This document shows, one piece after another, positions 31,324 to 40,818 of a stretch of DNA of 64,000 nucleotides. A program made the position numbers and the translations under genes. The DNA is taken from the NCBI GenBank assembly GCA_947589025.1, contig CANQAY010000007.1:2919-66918 (forward strand). Direction: 5' to 3'. The stretch's first letter is position 1. Every line of letters begins with the position of its first letter. The notes under the pieces were generated by a model, which had not been told where the DNA came from, made no database searches, and was given only the letters and a program-made list of their open reading frames with translations. The DNA comes from an uncultured Clostridia bacterium. Its GTDB lineage: Bacteria > Bacillota > Clostridia > Christensenellales > UBA1242.

Positions 31324-31350
31324 AAAAAATCCCACAAAAGTGGGAATTTT
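31324..31350 (-). terminator. Terminator after the MacB-like gene
   Basis: tcccac-aaaa-gtggga hairpin flanked by A/T runs on both sides. Confidence 0.55.
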
Positions 31351-33962
31351 TATTCTGTTCTTAACGCAATAACTGGGTCTTTCTTGGCGGCAATTCTTGA
31401 TGGAACAAGCCCGGCAATAAAGGTTAATAACACGCTTATTACAACTAGTGCAATTGCAGGCAAAGGTTGCAACACAGCAAGCCCAGAAATGCCAGTTAAA
31501 CCCTCTAAAATTAGGCTTATTGGAATGGTTATTAGCCCAGCCGCCACCACGCCAATTACACCCGCCAGCAAACCAATTATTATTGTTTCGGCATTAAACA
31601 CGTTGGAAACATCGTGTTTGGAAGCACCAACACTTCTAAGAACGCCAATTTCCTTTGTGCGCTCTATAACTGAAGTGTAAGTTATAATGCTTATCATAAT
31701 GCTGGAAACCACAAGCGAGATTGCCGCAAATGCAATTAGCACATAAGAAATGATGTTTACCAAAGTACCCATCATATTGGTTAGCATTGCCGAACTATCG
31801 GTTGCCAAAATATCATAAGTGTAGCCCAAGTTGTTCCAGCCCGCAATCATTTCCATAATATCGTCTTTTGCTTCAAAACTTTTTGCATAAAAATACACAC
31901 CAGTTGGCACACTGCTTGCGCCATACATTTGAAGATATAAATCAACAAGTTGTGTTGGAGCTAAACTTACTTCATAACCATTAAGCGCTGCGATCATTTC
32001 TGTTAATGTTGAATAAGTAAAAATGTTTTTATAACTTTCGTCATAAGCAGTAAGTTCAGTTATGTTTACTGAATAGGGCAACAGTTTTAACTCTTCACTA
32101 AAGTTTTTCTCTAACACATCTTCTTTTAAATTATCGCCATCCAACAATGTTTGTTTAACTAAGGAAACAACATTTGAGTTTTGGCAGTTTTCTCTATACG
32201 CTTCTGTCAACGCCTTTGTGTACATAATGCCATTTGAAAACAAACTGCCTGTAACACCCTCTTTGTGTTTTAAGATGCAGGAAATTGTTAATTCCTCATT
32301 CTGTGCATCGTCAAACATAGTGCCCAAATTTTCATCATCAGTAGCGTCGGTAATTGTGTTAAAATCAACATTAGGCTCGCCATTCTCTTTATAATAGCTG
32401 TTGTTATAAATTAATTTATAAACCTTTTTGCCAACAATATCCTTATACTCAACGGGGTCACACTCCTGAGTTTTCAAATCCATTTTAAACTCCAAGCCAA
32501 GCGCCTGCATTTCAACTATTGAAAGTGCACCACTATCCCCCACAACTAACGCCACCTGATTTTTTGTTGTTGGATATTCCCCATACTCCACATTATACAA
32601 GGACAAAATATAGTCTTTATTGCCAAGTTCTTCAAAGAAAAGTGAACTTGTTGTGCCGGACATAACGCTGTATTGCACTTTGTTGTTAATTGGCAAATAA
32701 ACATCTTTCCCCATAAGATTTTTTGTTTGGGTTAGTATGTGCATTGTGCTAGCGTAACTAACTTCAAGGTCGTTAAGCATTTGTTCTTTTTTATTGCCGC
32801 TATAATAATCGTTAACATAATCAACAAAACTGGTTTTTGTGCCGTCTGGCTTTTCAATTTCACCCAAATAATTAAACTGCCCCATTGTCATAAGCGTTTT
32901 TGCGGGGTTGTAAACGGTTATTTTATCATTTTGCTTTTCAATATCTGCGCCGTTGCCAATAACCCTTAACGCCTCGTCCATATTAATGGCAATTGATGAA
33001 ACAGCCACCGGATAGCTGGATAAACTTTCGTTTTGCATGTTGTTTATGTAATTTGTCATGCCGGCGCTAACTGCCAAAATAAGCGCAATGCCAATTATGC
33101 CAATGCTGCCCGCAAACGACACCATAATTGTTCTGCCCTTTTTGGTTAGCAAGTTTTTAAAACTTAAAAACATTGCTGTAAACACGCTCATGCGCTTTTT
33201 CTTTTTTGTCTTTTTAAAGCCGTTATCTTCAAGCTTTTCTTCCTTTGCTTTGTGCTTTAAAATTTCTTTATCTGCGCTCTGTTTGGTGTAAGGCTTGCTA
33301 TCTTCAATAAGTTCGCCATCAAGCAAACGGATGATGCGGTTAGAATATTTTGTTGCCAAATCTGGGTTATGGGTAACCATAATAACCAAGCGGTCCTTAC
33401 TAACCTCTTTTAAAAGCTCCATAATTTGCACACTGGTTTTGCTATCCAAGGCGCCGGTTGGCTCGTCTGCCAAAATAATTTCGGGGTCGTTAACAAGGGC
33501 GCGCGCAATAGCCACCCTTTGCATCTGCCCGCCCGAAAGTTGATTAGGCTTAGATTTTAATTTGTCTTTAAGCCCAACTTTTTCAAGCACTTCAATGGCA
33601 CGTTTGCGGCGTTCCTTTTTCTTAACACCGCTTAGGGTTAGCGCCAATTCAACATTTTCAAGCACGGTTTGGTGCGGAATTAAATTATAACTTTGAAAAA
33701 CGAAGCCCACACGGTGGTTGCGATAGTTATCCCAATCTCTATCTTTAAAATTTTTGGTGGAAATGCCTTCAATAATAAGGTCACCACTAGTGTATCTATC
33801 CAGCCCTCCAATAATGTTAAGCAAAGTGGTTTTTCCGCAACCGGATGGCCCCAAAATTGAAACGAATTCACTGCGCCTAAAAACAACGCTAACATCTTTT
33901 AGCGCTGGCACAACTTGGTCTTTTAATTTATATTCTTTACAAATTTTGGAAATTTCAAGCAT
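31350..33962 (-). CDS. Fused ABC transporter ATPase plus FtsX-type permease (MacB-like) with a very large extracytoplasmic domain
   Basis: 870 aa. N-terminal [27 protein letters not shown] and ILADEPTG motifs. There is a TM near residue 280, about 430 aa of soluble loop, and three C-terminal TMs of FtsX type. Confidence 0.85.
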   Translation of the reverse strand: MLEISKICKEYKLKDQVVPALKDVSVVFRRSEFVSILGPSGCGKTTLLNIIGGLDRYTSGDLIIEGISTKNFKDRDWDNYRNHRVGFVFQSYNLIPHQTVLENVELALTLSGVKKKERRKRAIEVLEKVGLKDKLKSKPNQLSGGQMQRVAIARALVNDPEIILADEPTGALDSKTSVQIMELLKEVSKDRLVIMVTHNPDLATKYSNRIIRLLDGELIEDSKPYTKQSADKEILKHKAKEEKLEDNGFKKTKKKKRMSVFTAMFLSFKNLLTKKGRTIMVSFAGSIGIIGIALILAVSAGMTNYINNMQNESLSSYPVAVSSIAINMDEALRVIGNGADIEKQNDKITVYNPAKTLMTMGQFNYLGEIEKPDGTKTSFVDYVNDYYSGNKKEQMLNDLEVSYASTMHILTQTKNLMGKDVYLPINNKVQYSVMSGTTSSLFFEELGNKDYILSLYNVEYGEYPTTKNQVALVVGDSGALSIVEMQALGLEFKMDLKTQECDPVEYKDIVGKKVYKLIYNNSYYKENGEPNVDFNTITDATDDENLGTMFDDAQNEELTISCILKHKEGVTGSLFSNGIMYTKALTEAYRENCQNSNVVSLVKQTLLDGDNLKEDVLEKNFSEELKLLPYSVNITELTAYDESYKNIFTYSTLTEMIAALNGYEVSLAPTQLVDLYLQMYGASSVPTGVYFYAKSFEAKDDIMEMIAGWNNLGYTYDILATDSSAMLTNMMGTLVNIISYVLIAFAAISLVVSSIMISIITYTSVIERTKEIGVLRSVGASKHDVSNVFNAETIIIGLLAGVIGVVAAGLITIPISLILEGLTGISGLAVLQPLPAIALVVISVLLTFIAGLVPSRIAAKKDPVIALRTE

Positions 33963-34054
33963 AATTCCCCCTTTATATTTATGATTAGCTAAAAATAAAG
34001 TTAATTAAACTAAATTCGCTTATTATTTTACCAGCCTAAAAACATAAAGTCAAC

Positions 34055-34076
34055 TAAAAAAGCACCATAAGGTGCC
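34055..34076 (-). terminator. Terminator after the veg-region operon
   Basis: Minus strand ggcacc-ttat-ggtgc followed by tttttt. Confidence 0.5.
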
Positions 34077-34093
34077 ATAAATAACAAGTTTTA

Positions 34094-34312
34094 TTAAAGC
34101 GCTGTGCCAGAATTGTTTTGCAAGTTGTTATAAATTTCTTGTTCAAACATTTCTTGCAAATATTGTGCCAAAATGGGGTCGGTTTGGCTGCTTTTAATAA
34201 AATGATTTAATTCTAAGTTAATATCTTCCCCTTCAATTGCTTTTTGCACAATTGTTGAGCTATAAGGAAAAAATTTTCTTAAAACATCAATAAAATGTTG
34301 AGAATAAATCAT
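34094..34312 (-). CDS. Hypothetical small protein
   Basis: 72 aa with AAGGAGGG RBS. No family recognised. Confidence 0.45.
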   Translation of the reverse strand: MIYSQHFIDVLRKFFPYSSTIVQKAIEGEDINLELNHFIKSSQTDPILAQYLQEMFEQEIYNNLQNNSGTAL

Positions 34313-34330
34313 ATCCCTCCTTAAAAAAGG

Positions 34331-34582
34331 TTATTTAAGCTCGTAAGTAAACTCGCCAATAGCAACATCAACATAAGAAAACGATTTATTAATTTTATAA
34401 CCATGAGCACGGCATTCAACCAAAAAAACGCTATCAAAAATTTGTTTAATTGTGCCCACATAGGTGTGTAAAAGCCTGCCCTGCCTGTTATATTCTTTTA
34501 GTTCAATATCCCTGCCAACATTGCTAGAAATGTCATCCTTAACCACATCAACCGATGCGCTTTCTGGTGATAAAATTTTCAT
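34331..34582 (-). CDS. veg: Veg family protein (DUF1021-like)
   Basis: The start is moved to MKILSPES (GGGGAG RBS). GRDIELKEYNRQGR..GTIKQIFDSVFLVE..SFSYVDV parallels B. subtilis Veg. Confidence 0.6.
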   Translation of the reverse strand: MKILSPESASVDVVKDDISSNVGRDIELKEYNRQGRLLHTYVGTIKQIFDSVFLVECRAHGYKINKSFSYVDVAIGEFTYELK

Positions 34583-34760
34583 AAACTCCCCTATTTTTAA
34601 AAGCAAAAGCCCGCAAAAGTTATGCTTAATTGTTGTTATTTTACCACAAAATTCAAATTTTTGCACCTAAATTCAACAAATTTTTCAAAATTTTTTAATA
34701 TTTGCTAAAAATATTAGAATTTTTTTTACATGTTTAAAACCAAATAATGGTTAATTTTGT

Positions 34761-34789
34761 TTGACAATTATTAAATTATTGTTTACTAT
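34761..34789 (+). promoter_or_regulatory. SigmaA-type promoter
   Basis: TTGACA-17nt-TACTAT upstream of the 34816 gene. Confidence 0.5.
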
Positions 34790-34815
34790 TTTTATATATT
34801 AAGTAAGGAGTTTTT

Positions 34816-35682
34816 ATGGGGTTATTTAACAAAAACAAAAATGAAACCCAAAATATGGGTAAACAGGGCTTTAATATTTATAGCTTTTTGCAAACAATTT
34901 CCATACTTGGCTTTGCTTTGGTTATTGCCCTCTTCGTGTTCGGGTTTCAAGGTTATTTTAGGCTAAATTCTGCCACAATCACTGTTTTGCTGATTGTTGC
35001 GGTGCTTTGCTTTTGCTTAAGTTTAATTTTGCCTTGGATAAAGCGATATCAACTTAAAATGAACAGAATTGTTTGCTTTGTGTTCTTTGGGCTTATTGCT
35101 TTAATGGCAGTTTTATGGATTATTGCTATTATTTTAATTGTTAACCTTATTGCCAAAGGTGAGGCAGCAACTATTGAAAATTCTATTGGAACTTTAAACT
35201 ATTTGAAGGCTGTGCTTGTAATTTCCGTTCAATTTGGCATTGCATCACTAATTGCAAGCACGGTTATAAAATATAAGGCACGCCTAATTGCCTTTCAATC
35301 AATTTTATACGCAAGCGTTTTGTATTGTGACTTCTATTTAACTTCCCTTTGCTTCTGCATAAGCTTTAACACCGATTCGGGCATTTCATTCGACTTCTTC
35401 CCTTACCTTGCAAATAGGCTAATTGTAACTATTTTAATTGTTGCCCTAATTTTCACTGCAATTTCGTTGGGCATTTTAAGACGTGTTGAAAGGCGTAAAG
35501 GCGGAAAATCCATTGAAGGTTTTGATTATGTTGAGGACACGGAAGTTGCACAACATCGCCAAGCAATTAAATCTGCCGGCACACAAGAAAAACTTGCCGA
35601 ACTTAAAGCCATGCTGGACCAAAACCTTATAACCGAAGAAGAATATAACAAAAAGAGGCAAGACATTTTGGATAAAATGTAA
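34816..35682 (+). CDS. Polytopic membrane protein with a C-terminal SHOCT domain
   Basis: 288 aa with about 6 TM segments. The C-terminus KLAELKAMLDQNLITEEEYNKKRQDILDKM is the SHOCT motif. Confidence 0.6.
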   Translation: MGLFNKNKNETQNMGKQGFNIYSFLQTISILGFALVIALFVFGFQGYFRLNSATITVLLIVAVLCFCLSLILPWIKRYQLKMNRIVCFVFFGLIALMAVLWIIAIILIVNLIAKGEAATIENSIGTLNYLKAVLVISVQFGIASLIASTVIKYKARLIAFQSILYASVLYCDFYLTSLCFCISFNTDSGISFDFFPYLANRLIVTILIVALIFTAISLGILRRVERRKGGKSIEGFDYVEDTEVAQHRQAIKSAGTQEKLAELKAMLDQNLITEEEYNKKRQDILDKM

Positions 35683-35692
35683 CAAAATCAAA

Positions 35693-35718
35693 AAAACACC
35701 CACTTTGGGTGTTTTTTG
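35693..35718 (+). terminator. Rho-independent terminator
   Basis: aacaccca-cttt-gggtgtt followed by ttttg. Confidence 0.65.
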
Positions 35719-35742
35719 TTCACAAGAATAGTTTAAATGACT

Positions 35743-36531
35743 TTAAAAATTTTTATCAATCATGTCTTTCACAATTGTAACAATAACATCTTTTCCATCA
35801 TCATGATAGCCTTTTGTTAGTTTTAAATATCTTTCCCATCCGCTTGTTTTAACTAGGTCGCTAAAATATAAAAGTTGTGCAAATTTTAATCCGCGATATT
35901 TTGCCACCGCGCACCAAGCTGCACATTCCATTTCAACGGCAACCGCCCCCAAATTTTTTGCCATGGCAAGTTTTTTATCCGTTTCTCTATAATAGGCATC
36001 GGTTGTCCAAGTGATAGATTTTTTAAATTTAAAACCATTTTCGTTTAAGAATTTTTCAAGTTTTAAATTTAAATCTTTATCTGTTGCGACATATGTGCTT
36101 GGTTTTAAATAATGATAAGAAAGACCTTCGTCTCTTATAGCCTTTTTAACAATAACAAATTTATTCTTAACAGCATTATCCAGACAGCCAGCAGAACCAA
36201 TTGCAACAAATTCATCTATTCCAAAAATTGACAACTCTTCCATTAACGCAGCGGCAGCAGGTGCACCCAAAGGAGATAACGCAATTAGCGCATTTTTATA
36301 CACAAACACTTTTGTGGTAACACTGCCAGAATGAAAGAGAAACACAACTTCAAGCTTTTTTAAAAAATCATTATCGTTTGGCTCATCATAAAAAATTATA
36401 AATGCTTTATGAATGCCTTTATTCTTTATTTTTTCAACGTTTTTAAATTCTTCAGGCACATGTGAAGCAAAAGTTTGCGGGGTAACAATTTCGTTTTTAC
36501 CGTTGTAATTCATTAAAATTGGATATTCCAT
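35743..36531 (-). CDS. Nucleoside phosphorylase family protein (PNP/UDP_1, uridine phosphorylase-like)
   Basis: 262 aa. ..GSAGCL..VAVEMECAA.. matches the PNP_UDP_1 pattern. Confidence 0.7.
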   Translation of the reverse strand: MEYPILMNYNGKNEIVTPQTFASHVPEEFKNVEKIKNKGIHKAFIIFYDEPNDNDFLKKLEVVFLFHSGSVTTKVFVYKNALIALSPLGAPAAAALMEELSIFGIDEFVAIGSAGCLDNAVKNKFVIVKKAIRDEGLSYHYLKPSTYVATDKDLNLKLEKFLNENGFKFKKSITWTTDAYYRETDKKLAMAKNLGAVAVEMECAAWCAVAKYRGLKFAQLLYFSDLVKTSGWERYLKLTKGYHDDGKDVIVTIVKDMIDKNF

Positions 36532-36792
36532 TTAGTTCTCCTTGTGCTATTATATCATATTTAAAAATATATTCCAAAGCAATTATTATAAAAAAACTGC
36601 ACGAACTCATTGTTTAAATACGTACAATTCAAGAGGATTAGCAGCGTAAAAATATCCCCCTTTGGAATTTTAGCCAAGCAAAAGGAGTGCCCGCCACTTG
36701 GGGCCCTCATAAGACGAATGTCGCAATAGAGTTATCTTGCTTACAATTGCGAGTTAACGAGCAATTTGGCAAAAGTGCAGCCGCGCAATAGA

Positions 36793-36833
36793 CAAAAAAA
36801 CTTTTAAAGAGTTAACGCAGTGCTCTTTAAAAG
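36793..36833 (-). terminator. Terminator of the tRNA cluster
   Basis: 11-bp stem cttttaaagag/ctctttaaaag, followed on the minus strand by a T7 run. Confidence 0.6.
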
Positions 36834-36908
36834 TAAAGGAGCAGGCAAACCTAGGCTTACAATTGCGAACTTGTGAGCAATTTAGCAAAGGTGCAGCCTG
36901 CGACGTGG

Positions 36909-36985
36909 TGGTGCGTCAAGAGGGATTCGAACCCCCGACCCCCGCCTTAGAAGGGCGATGCTCTATCCAACTGAGCTATTAACGC
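36909..36985 (-). tRNA. tRNA-Arg(TCT)
   Basis: Hand-folded cloverleaf GCGTTAA..CTTCTAA loop..GGTTCGAATCC..TTGACGCACCA, with CCA encoded. Confidence 0.9.
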
Positions 36986-37046
36986 ATAAAAAATTGTTGT
37001 TTCCTTTATAGATTTAAATAAATCCTTATTAAAAGGAAAAGGTGTC

Positions 37047-37080
37047 ATGAGGGAAAAACAATTTATTGGTTGTCCCTCAT
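37047..37080. repeat. tRNA-spacer hairpin repeat (copy 1)
   Basis: atgagggaaaaacaatttattggttgtccctcat. The stem is atgaggga/tccctcat. Confidence 0.6.
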
Positions 37081-37155
37081 AAAAGTTGCGACCAAGCAAA
37101 AGACGAAAATAATTTTATTCATAAAATTATTAAGAATAAACGCAGGTCGCAACGC

Positions 37156-37229
37156 TGGAGCGGGTGAAGGGAATCGAACCCTCGTAACTAGCTTGGAAGG
37201 CTAGCGCTCTACCATTGAGCTACACCCGC
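37156..37229 (-). tRNA. tRNA-Gly(TCC)
   Basis: GCGGGTGTAGCTCAATGGTAGAGC..CTTCCAA loop..GGTTCGATTCC..CACCCGCTCCA. Confidence 0.9.
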
Positions 37230-37237
37230 AGATAATA

Positions 37238-37314
37238 TGGGGTGGATAGAGGGACTCGAACCCACGACAACCAGATCCACAATCTGGCGCTCTACCAACT
37301 GAACTATATCCACC
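37238..37314 (-). tRNA. tRNA-His(GTG) with encoded G-1
   Basis: G-GTGGATA..TTGTGGA loop..GGTTCGAGTCC..TATCCACCCCA. The extra 5' G pairs with C73. Confidence 0.9.
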
Positions 37315-37372
37315 ACGGTGGGCAATTCTGCCCCATAAATTAAAACCATCCTTTTATAACGGAAAAGGAGTA

Positions 37373-37405
37373 ATGAGGGAAAACTGCTCGCTGGTTGTCC
37401 CTCAT
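37373..37405. repeat. tRNA-spacer hairpin repeat (copy 2)
   Basis: atgagggaaaactgctcgctggttgtccctcat. Confidence 0.6.
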
Positions 37406-37481
37406 AGGAACGAGCAACCAAGCAAAAGGCCTAACGTTTGTGAAGTGGAACGCACAAACTGGCAAATGCGCAGGTTGCGAG

Positions 37482-37556
37482 TGGCTGGGGTAGGTAGATT
37501 CGAACTACCGCGTGCAAGAGTCAAAGTCTTGTGCCTTACCGCTTGGCGATACCCCA
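37482..37556 (-). tRNA. tRNA-Gln(TTG)
   Basis: TGGGGTATCGCCAAGCGGTAAGGC..CTTTGAC loop..AGTTCGAATCT..TACCCCAGCCA. Confidence 0.9.
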
Positions 37557-37633
37557 CCGTGGGCAATTCTGCCCTCTTTTATCGTGTGCACAAGTGTGTG
37601 CACCCTTCTTTTATGGGCAAATTGCCCACATCT

Positions 37634-37667
37634 ATGAGGGACAACCAATAAATTGTTTTTCCCTCAT
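37634..37667. repeat. tRNA-spacer hairpin repeat (copy 3, inverted)
   Basis: atgagggacaaccaataaattgtttttccctcat is the exact reverse complement of copy 1. Confidence 0.65.
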
Positions 37668-37889
37668 TGCTCCTTTTCCCTTAAGGTGTAAATAGTGCTT
37701 TATCGTTTGTGAAATTTCACAAACTCTTTTAATGGCCGAAATTTCGGTCATCTATTAGGGGGCAAACCATCTTTTCCCCCTAATAATCCTCCTTTGAAAA
37801 GGATTACATTTTTAACTTATTCTGCCCTTTGTTATCGTTTGTAAATCAAACAAAAAACGCCTTAACGCGAATGTTAGGCGCTTTAGGCA

Positions 37890-37972
37890 TGGTGCGGATG
37901 AAGGGACTTGAACCCCCACGGTCACCCACTAGATCCTAAGTCTAGCGCGTCTGCCAATTTCGCCACATCCGC
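37890..37972 (-). tRNA. tRNA-Leu(TAG), long variable arm
   Basis: GCGGATGTGGCGAAATTGGCAGACGC..CTTAGGA loop..variable arm..GGTTCAAGTCC..CATCCGCACCA. Confidence 0.85.
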
Positions 37973-38039
37973 ACGATTGCAAACTGTGTATTCAATTTGC
38001 AAAATCATTTGCAAATGAGCCAAACCTATGGTAAGGCGT

Positions 38040-38115
38040 TGGTGGCTCATCCGGGACTTGAACCCGGGACACCATGATTAAAAGTCATGTGCTCTACCAA
38101 CTGAGCTAATGAACC
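38040..38115 (-). tRNA. tRNA-Lys(TTT)
   Basis: GGTTCATTAGCTCAGTTGGTAGAGC..CTTTTAA loop..GGTTCAAGTCC..ATGAGCCACCA. Confidence 0.9.
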
Positions 38116-38157
38116 AAATTGATAAAAATGTAAGTAAATTGCCGCTAAGACTTTTGT

Positions 38158-38186
38158 ATTATACACCATATAAAACAAAAAAACAA
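38158..38186 (-). promoter_or_regulatory. Candidate promoter of the tRNA cluster
   Basis: Minus strand TTGTTT-17nt-TATAAT, about 43 nt upstream of tRNA-Lys(TTT). Confidence 0.4.
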
Positions 38187-38315
38187 GTGTTTTTACAAAA
38201 ATTTTTGAAAAATTTTCCTTGAATTTTTATTTGAACTTTTTGGCAAATTATATAATGCATAAATTGAATATAATAAAAAACTCAATTAAATATTTTGAGT
38301 TTTTGTTTTTAAATT

Positions 38316-39293
38316 TTATAAATTAAAAGATTCAGTTGCAATTTGGCTGCGTGCATTTTCGAAAATTGATTTAATATGCTTTTCCTCTATATCAATGCCG
38401 ACTGATTTAATAAATTGTTCTTCTTTTTCTAATTGTTCTATTGTTTTGCACATATTAGCCCTATAAATGCAAGCGAGCCTAATTAATTGCGCATCAGAGA
38501 AAGTTATATTCCCAACGGAATCTTTATATTCAAAACCGTTTTTTAAAATCTCTTTAAAAGATATGTTTGGTTGATTGACAACACTATCGAATTCTTGAAC
38601 AAATATTTTTAAATCATCAACACTGCCAAAGTATGCATTTAATAGCTTTTGATTTGACAAATTTTCGCCTAATAAAATTGTTGAAAACAATCTAACGCTG
38701 TCATAGGCTGTCCTATAAGGAATGATGTTTCCTTTATCATCTGTATAGCGCTTATTGTTTTGCTTGTAATAGTGATATGAAATAGCATCTGTAAGGCTCT
38801 CATTTATCAAATTCCCTGTTAGAGCTTCATATTTATCTTGTGCGAGATTCAACTTGGCCACCTTCATTCCATCTTTATATAAAGCCCCATCCTCTTGTAT
38901 CGCTACAGGATCACTTGATATCACGTGGTTTAGTTCGTGAAAAGCTGCCCCTTGATTCTTTTCTTGTATTCTTAACCCAATGCCATTTGTAACAGTGTCG
39001 AACACCACTCCATTTGCCTCATTTTTAATTTGTTCCCTAACAAATGCAGCGGCACGAGCAATTTTAGTTGGACTATTTTTACCATAAAAATTTCTTGGCA
39101 CTTCAGTGGACATTTTATCAAGAATATATACAACAATATTATTAAAATTTGTAGTTATTTTGTCTTTAATTCTCTGATCTTTAACCAAAGATAAAACAAA
39201 TTCTAAATACTGCTTAATTTCGGATTCTTGCACAGCTTTATACGCTTCAACTTTTTGCGCATCATAATTTTGGCAAAGATTTACAAATTCCAT
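38316..39293 (-). CDS. Hypothetical protein with an HExxH motif (putative metallopeptidase)
   Basis: 325 aa containing AAFHELNHV. GAGGAA RBS. No family recognised. Confidence 0.4.
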   Translation of the reverse strand: MEFVNLCQNYDAQKVEAYKAVQESEIKQYLEFVLSLVKDQRIKDKITTNFNNIVVYILDKMSTEVPRNFYGKNSPTKIARAAAFVREQIKNEANGVVFDTVTNGIGLRIQEKNQGAAFHELNHVISSDPVAIQEDGALYKDGMKVAKLNLAQDKYEALTGNLINESLTDAISYHYYKQNNKRYTDDKGNIIPYRTAYDSVRLFSTILLGENLSNQKLLNAYFGSVDDLKIFVQEFDSVVNQPNISFKEILKNGFEYKDSVGNITFSDAQLIRLACIYRANMCKTIEQLEKEEQFIKSVGIDIEEKHIKSIFENARSQIATESFNL

Positions 39294-39350
39294 TTTTGTT
39301 CCTCATAAGGAGTATAACACAAAATGAAAACAAAATCAATTAATTTATAT

Positions 39351-39809
39351 TTAATTTAAAATCCATAAGGCGGTGTTAAGGCTTGAAGCAATTAAAAGCC
39401 AAATTGGATATAATGTTAAAATTATTGAACAAAGTTTTTTATATTTAGATATTGCGTAAATTAAATATGCGCCAAAATACAAATTTATTAATATTATTAT
39501 GTTGCCCAACTGAGTTTGTTTTAGCGTAAAAAACACCAAGCACCAAAGAACATTTAAAATTCCGTTAATAATTAAAAGTGTTGTAACGCTTTTGGGCAAA
39601 TTTTCAGTTTTTAACCAATTAAATAAAATTACGCCAAGTGAAACATAAATTATTGTCCACACAATGGGGATTACAAACGAAGGCACAAATTGGCTGGGCT
39701 TTATTAAACTTTTAAACCACGGCATGCCAATTGCAACAAAAATGCTACCCATCACCGCCACCAAAATGATTGATGCAATTGAAATTATAATTTTTGTTTG
39801 TTGTTTCAT
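39351..39809 (-). CDS. tspO: TspO/MBR family tryptophan-rich sensory protein
   Basis: 152 aa, 5 TM, with W-rich motifs (PSFVIPIVWTIIY, LNVLWCLVFF). Confidence 0.75.
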   Translation of the reverse strand: MKQQTKIIISIASIILVAVMGSIFVAIGMPWFKSLIKPSQFVPSFVIPIVWTIIYVSLGVILFNWLKTENLPKSVTTLLIINGILNVLWCLVFFTLKQTQLGNIIILINLYFGAYLIYAISKYKKLCSIILTLYPIWLLIASSLNTALWILN

Positions 39810-39881
39810 AACTTATTTTATTAAAAAAGTTAATTTTTATAATAGTTTTCTTTTAATTTGTAATTATGTTATAATAATATT

Positions 39882-40775
39882 ATGAATTACAAAAAATGGC
39901 TTAGCAAAAACACAAAAGAATTATCTGGTAAAATTGTTGCAATAACCGGGTCTACTGGCGGGTTGGGAAGAAATATCTGCCAGTTTTTGTGTGAGCTTAA
40001 TGCGGAATTAGTTTTGCTTGATAGAAATGAAGATAAATCGGCGGCACAAATTGCTGAATTAACAGCCCTTTACCCCAATGCCAAAATTAGTTTTATTAAA
40101 ACTGATTTATTAAATTTTGATAGCGTTAAAATGGCATTCGAAAAGTTAAAAAGCATGCAAATTAGCTATTTAATTTTAAATGCCGGCATTTACAATGTTA
40201 AGCGAGAAAAAACAAGTTTGGGTTACGATAACATTTTTCAAGTTAACTTCCTTATGCAATATTACATAACAAAAGAACTTTTGCCAACTTTAAGGGCAAC
40301 AAATGGCAAAGTTATTGCCACATCAAGCATTGCCCACAATTATTCAAAATCTGATGCGGCAGATATTCAATTTTTAAACCGCAAAAAAAGCAGCAAAGTT
40401 TACGGCAATTCAAAGCGATATTTAACCTATGTGCTGTTTAAACTTTTTGAAAACGAATCATGCGCCAGCCTAACCCTTGCCCACCCCGGCATAACTTTAA
40501 CTAATATGACCAATCATTACCCCAAAGCAATTAATTGGCTAATTAAAATTGGCATAAAATTAATTTTTCCGCCCGCTAAAAAAGCAAGCTTAAACATAAT
40601 TAAGGCAATGTTTGTTAATGCTAGCAAAACCAATTCGCAATGGGTTGGCCCAGCCGTGTTTAACATTTGGGGCAAGCCAAAATTAAAAAACCTTAAAACG
40701 GCAACTAAAGACGAGGCACAAAGCATATTCATTAGTGCCGAAGCAGAATACAAAAAACTGCTAAAAATTTTATAA
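39882..40775 (+). CDS. SDR family oxidoreductase
   Basis: 297 aa with ITGSTGGLGRN (TGxxxGxG), NAG and YGNSK (YxxxK) motifs. Confidence 0.8.
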   Translation: MNYKKWLSKNTKELSGKIVAITGSTGGLGRNICQFLCELNAELVLLDRNEDKSAAQIAELTALYPNAKISFIKTDLLNFDSVKMAFEKLKSMQISYLILNAGIYNVKREKTSLGYDNIFQVNFLMQYYITKELLPTLRATNGKVIATSSIAHNYSKSDAADIQFLNRKKSSKVYGNSKRYLTYVLFKLFENESCASLTLAHPGITLTNMTNHYPKAINWLIKIGIKLIFPPAKKASLNIIKAMFVNASKTNSQWVGPAVFNIWGKPKLKNLKTATKDEAQSIFISAEAEYKKLLKIL

Positions 40776-40818
40776 AATTAAAAAAATTTAAATAAAAAAC
40801 ACAAAAATTTTGTGTTTT

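Noticed and set aside
37209-37651. Two ORFs (37209..37421 minus, 37373..37651 plus) in the tRNA cluster
   Set aside because: They overlap tRNA-Gly, tRNA-His and tRNA-Gln and the hairpin spacers. They have no RBS and are spurious.
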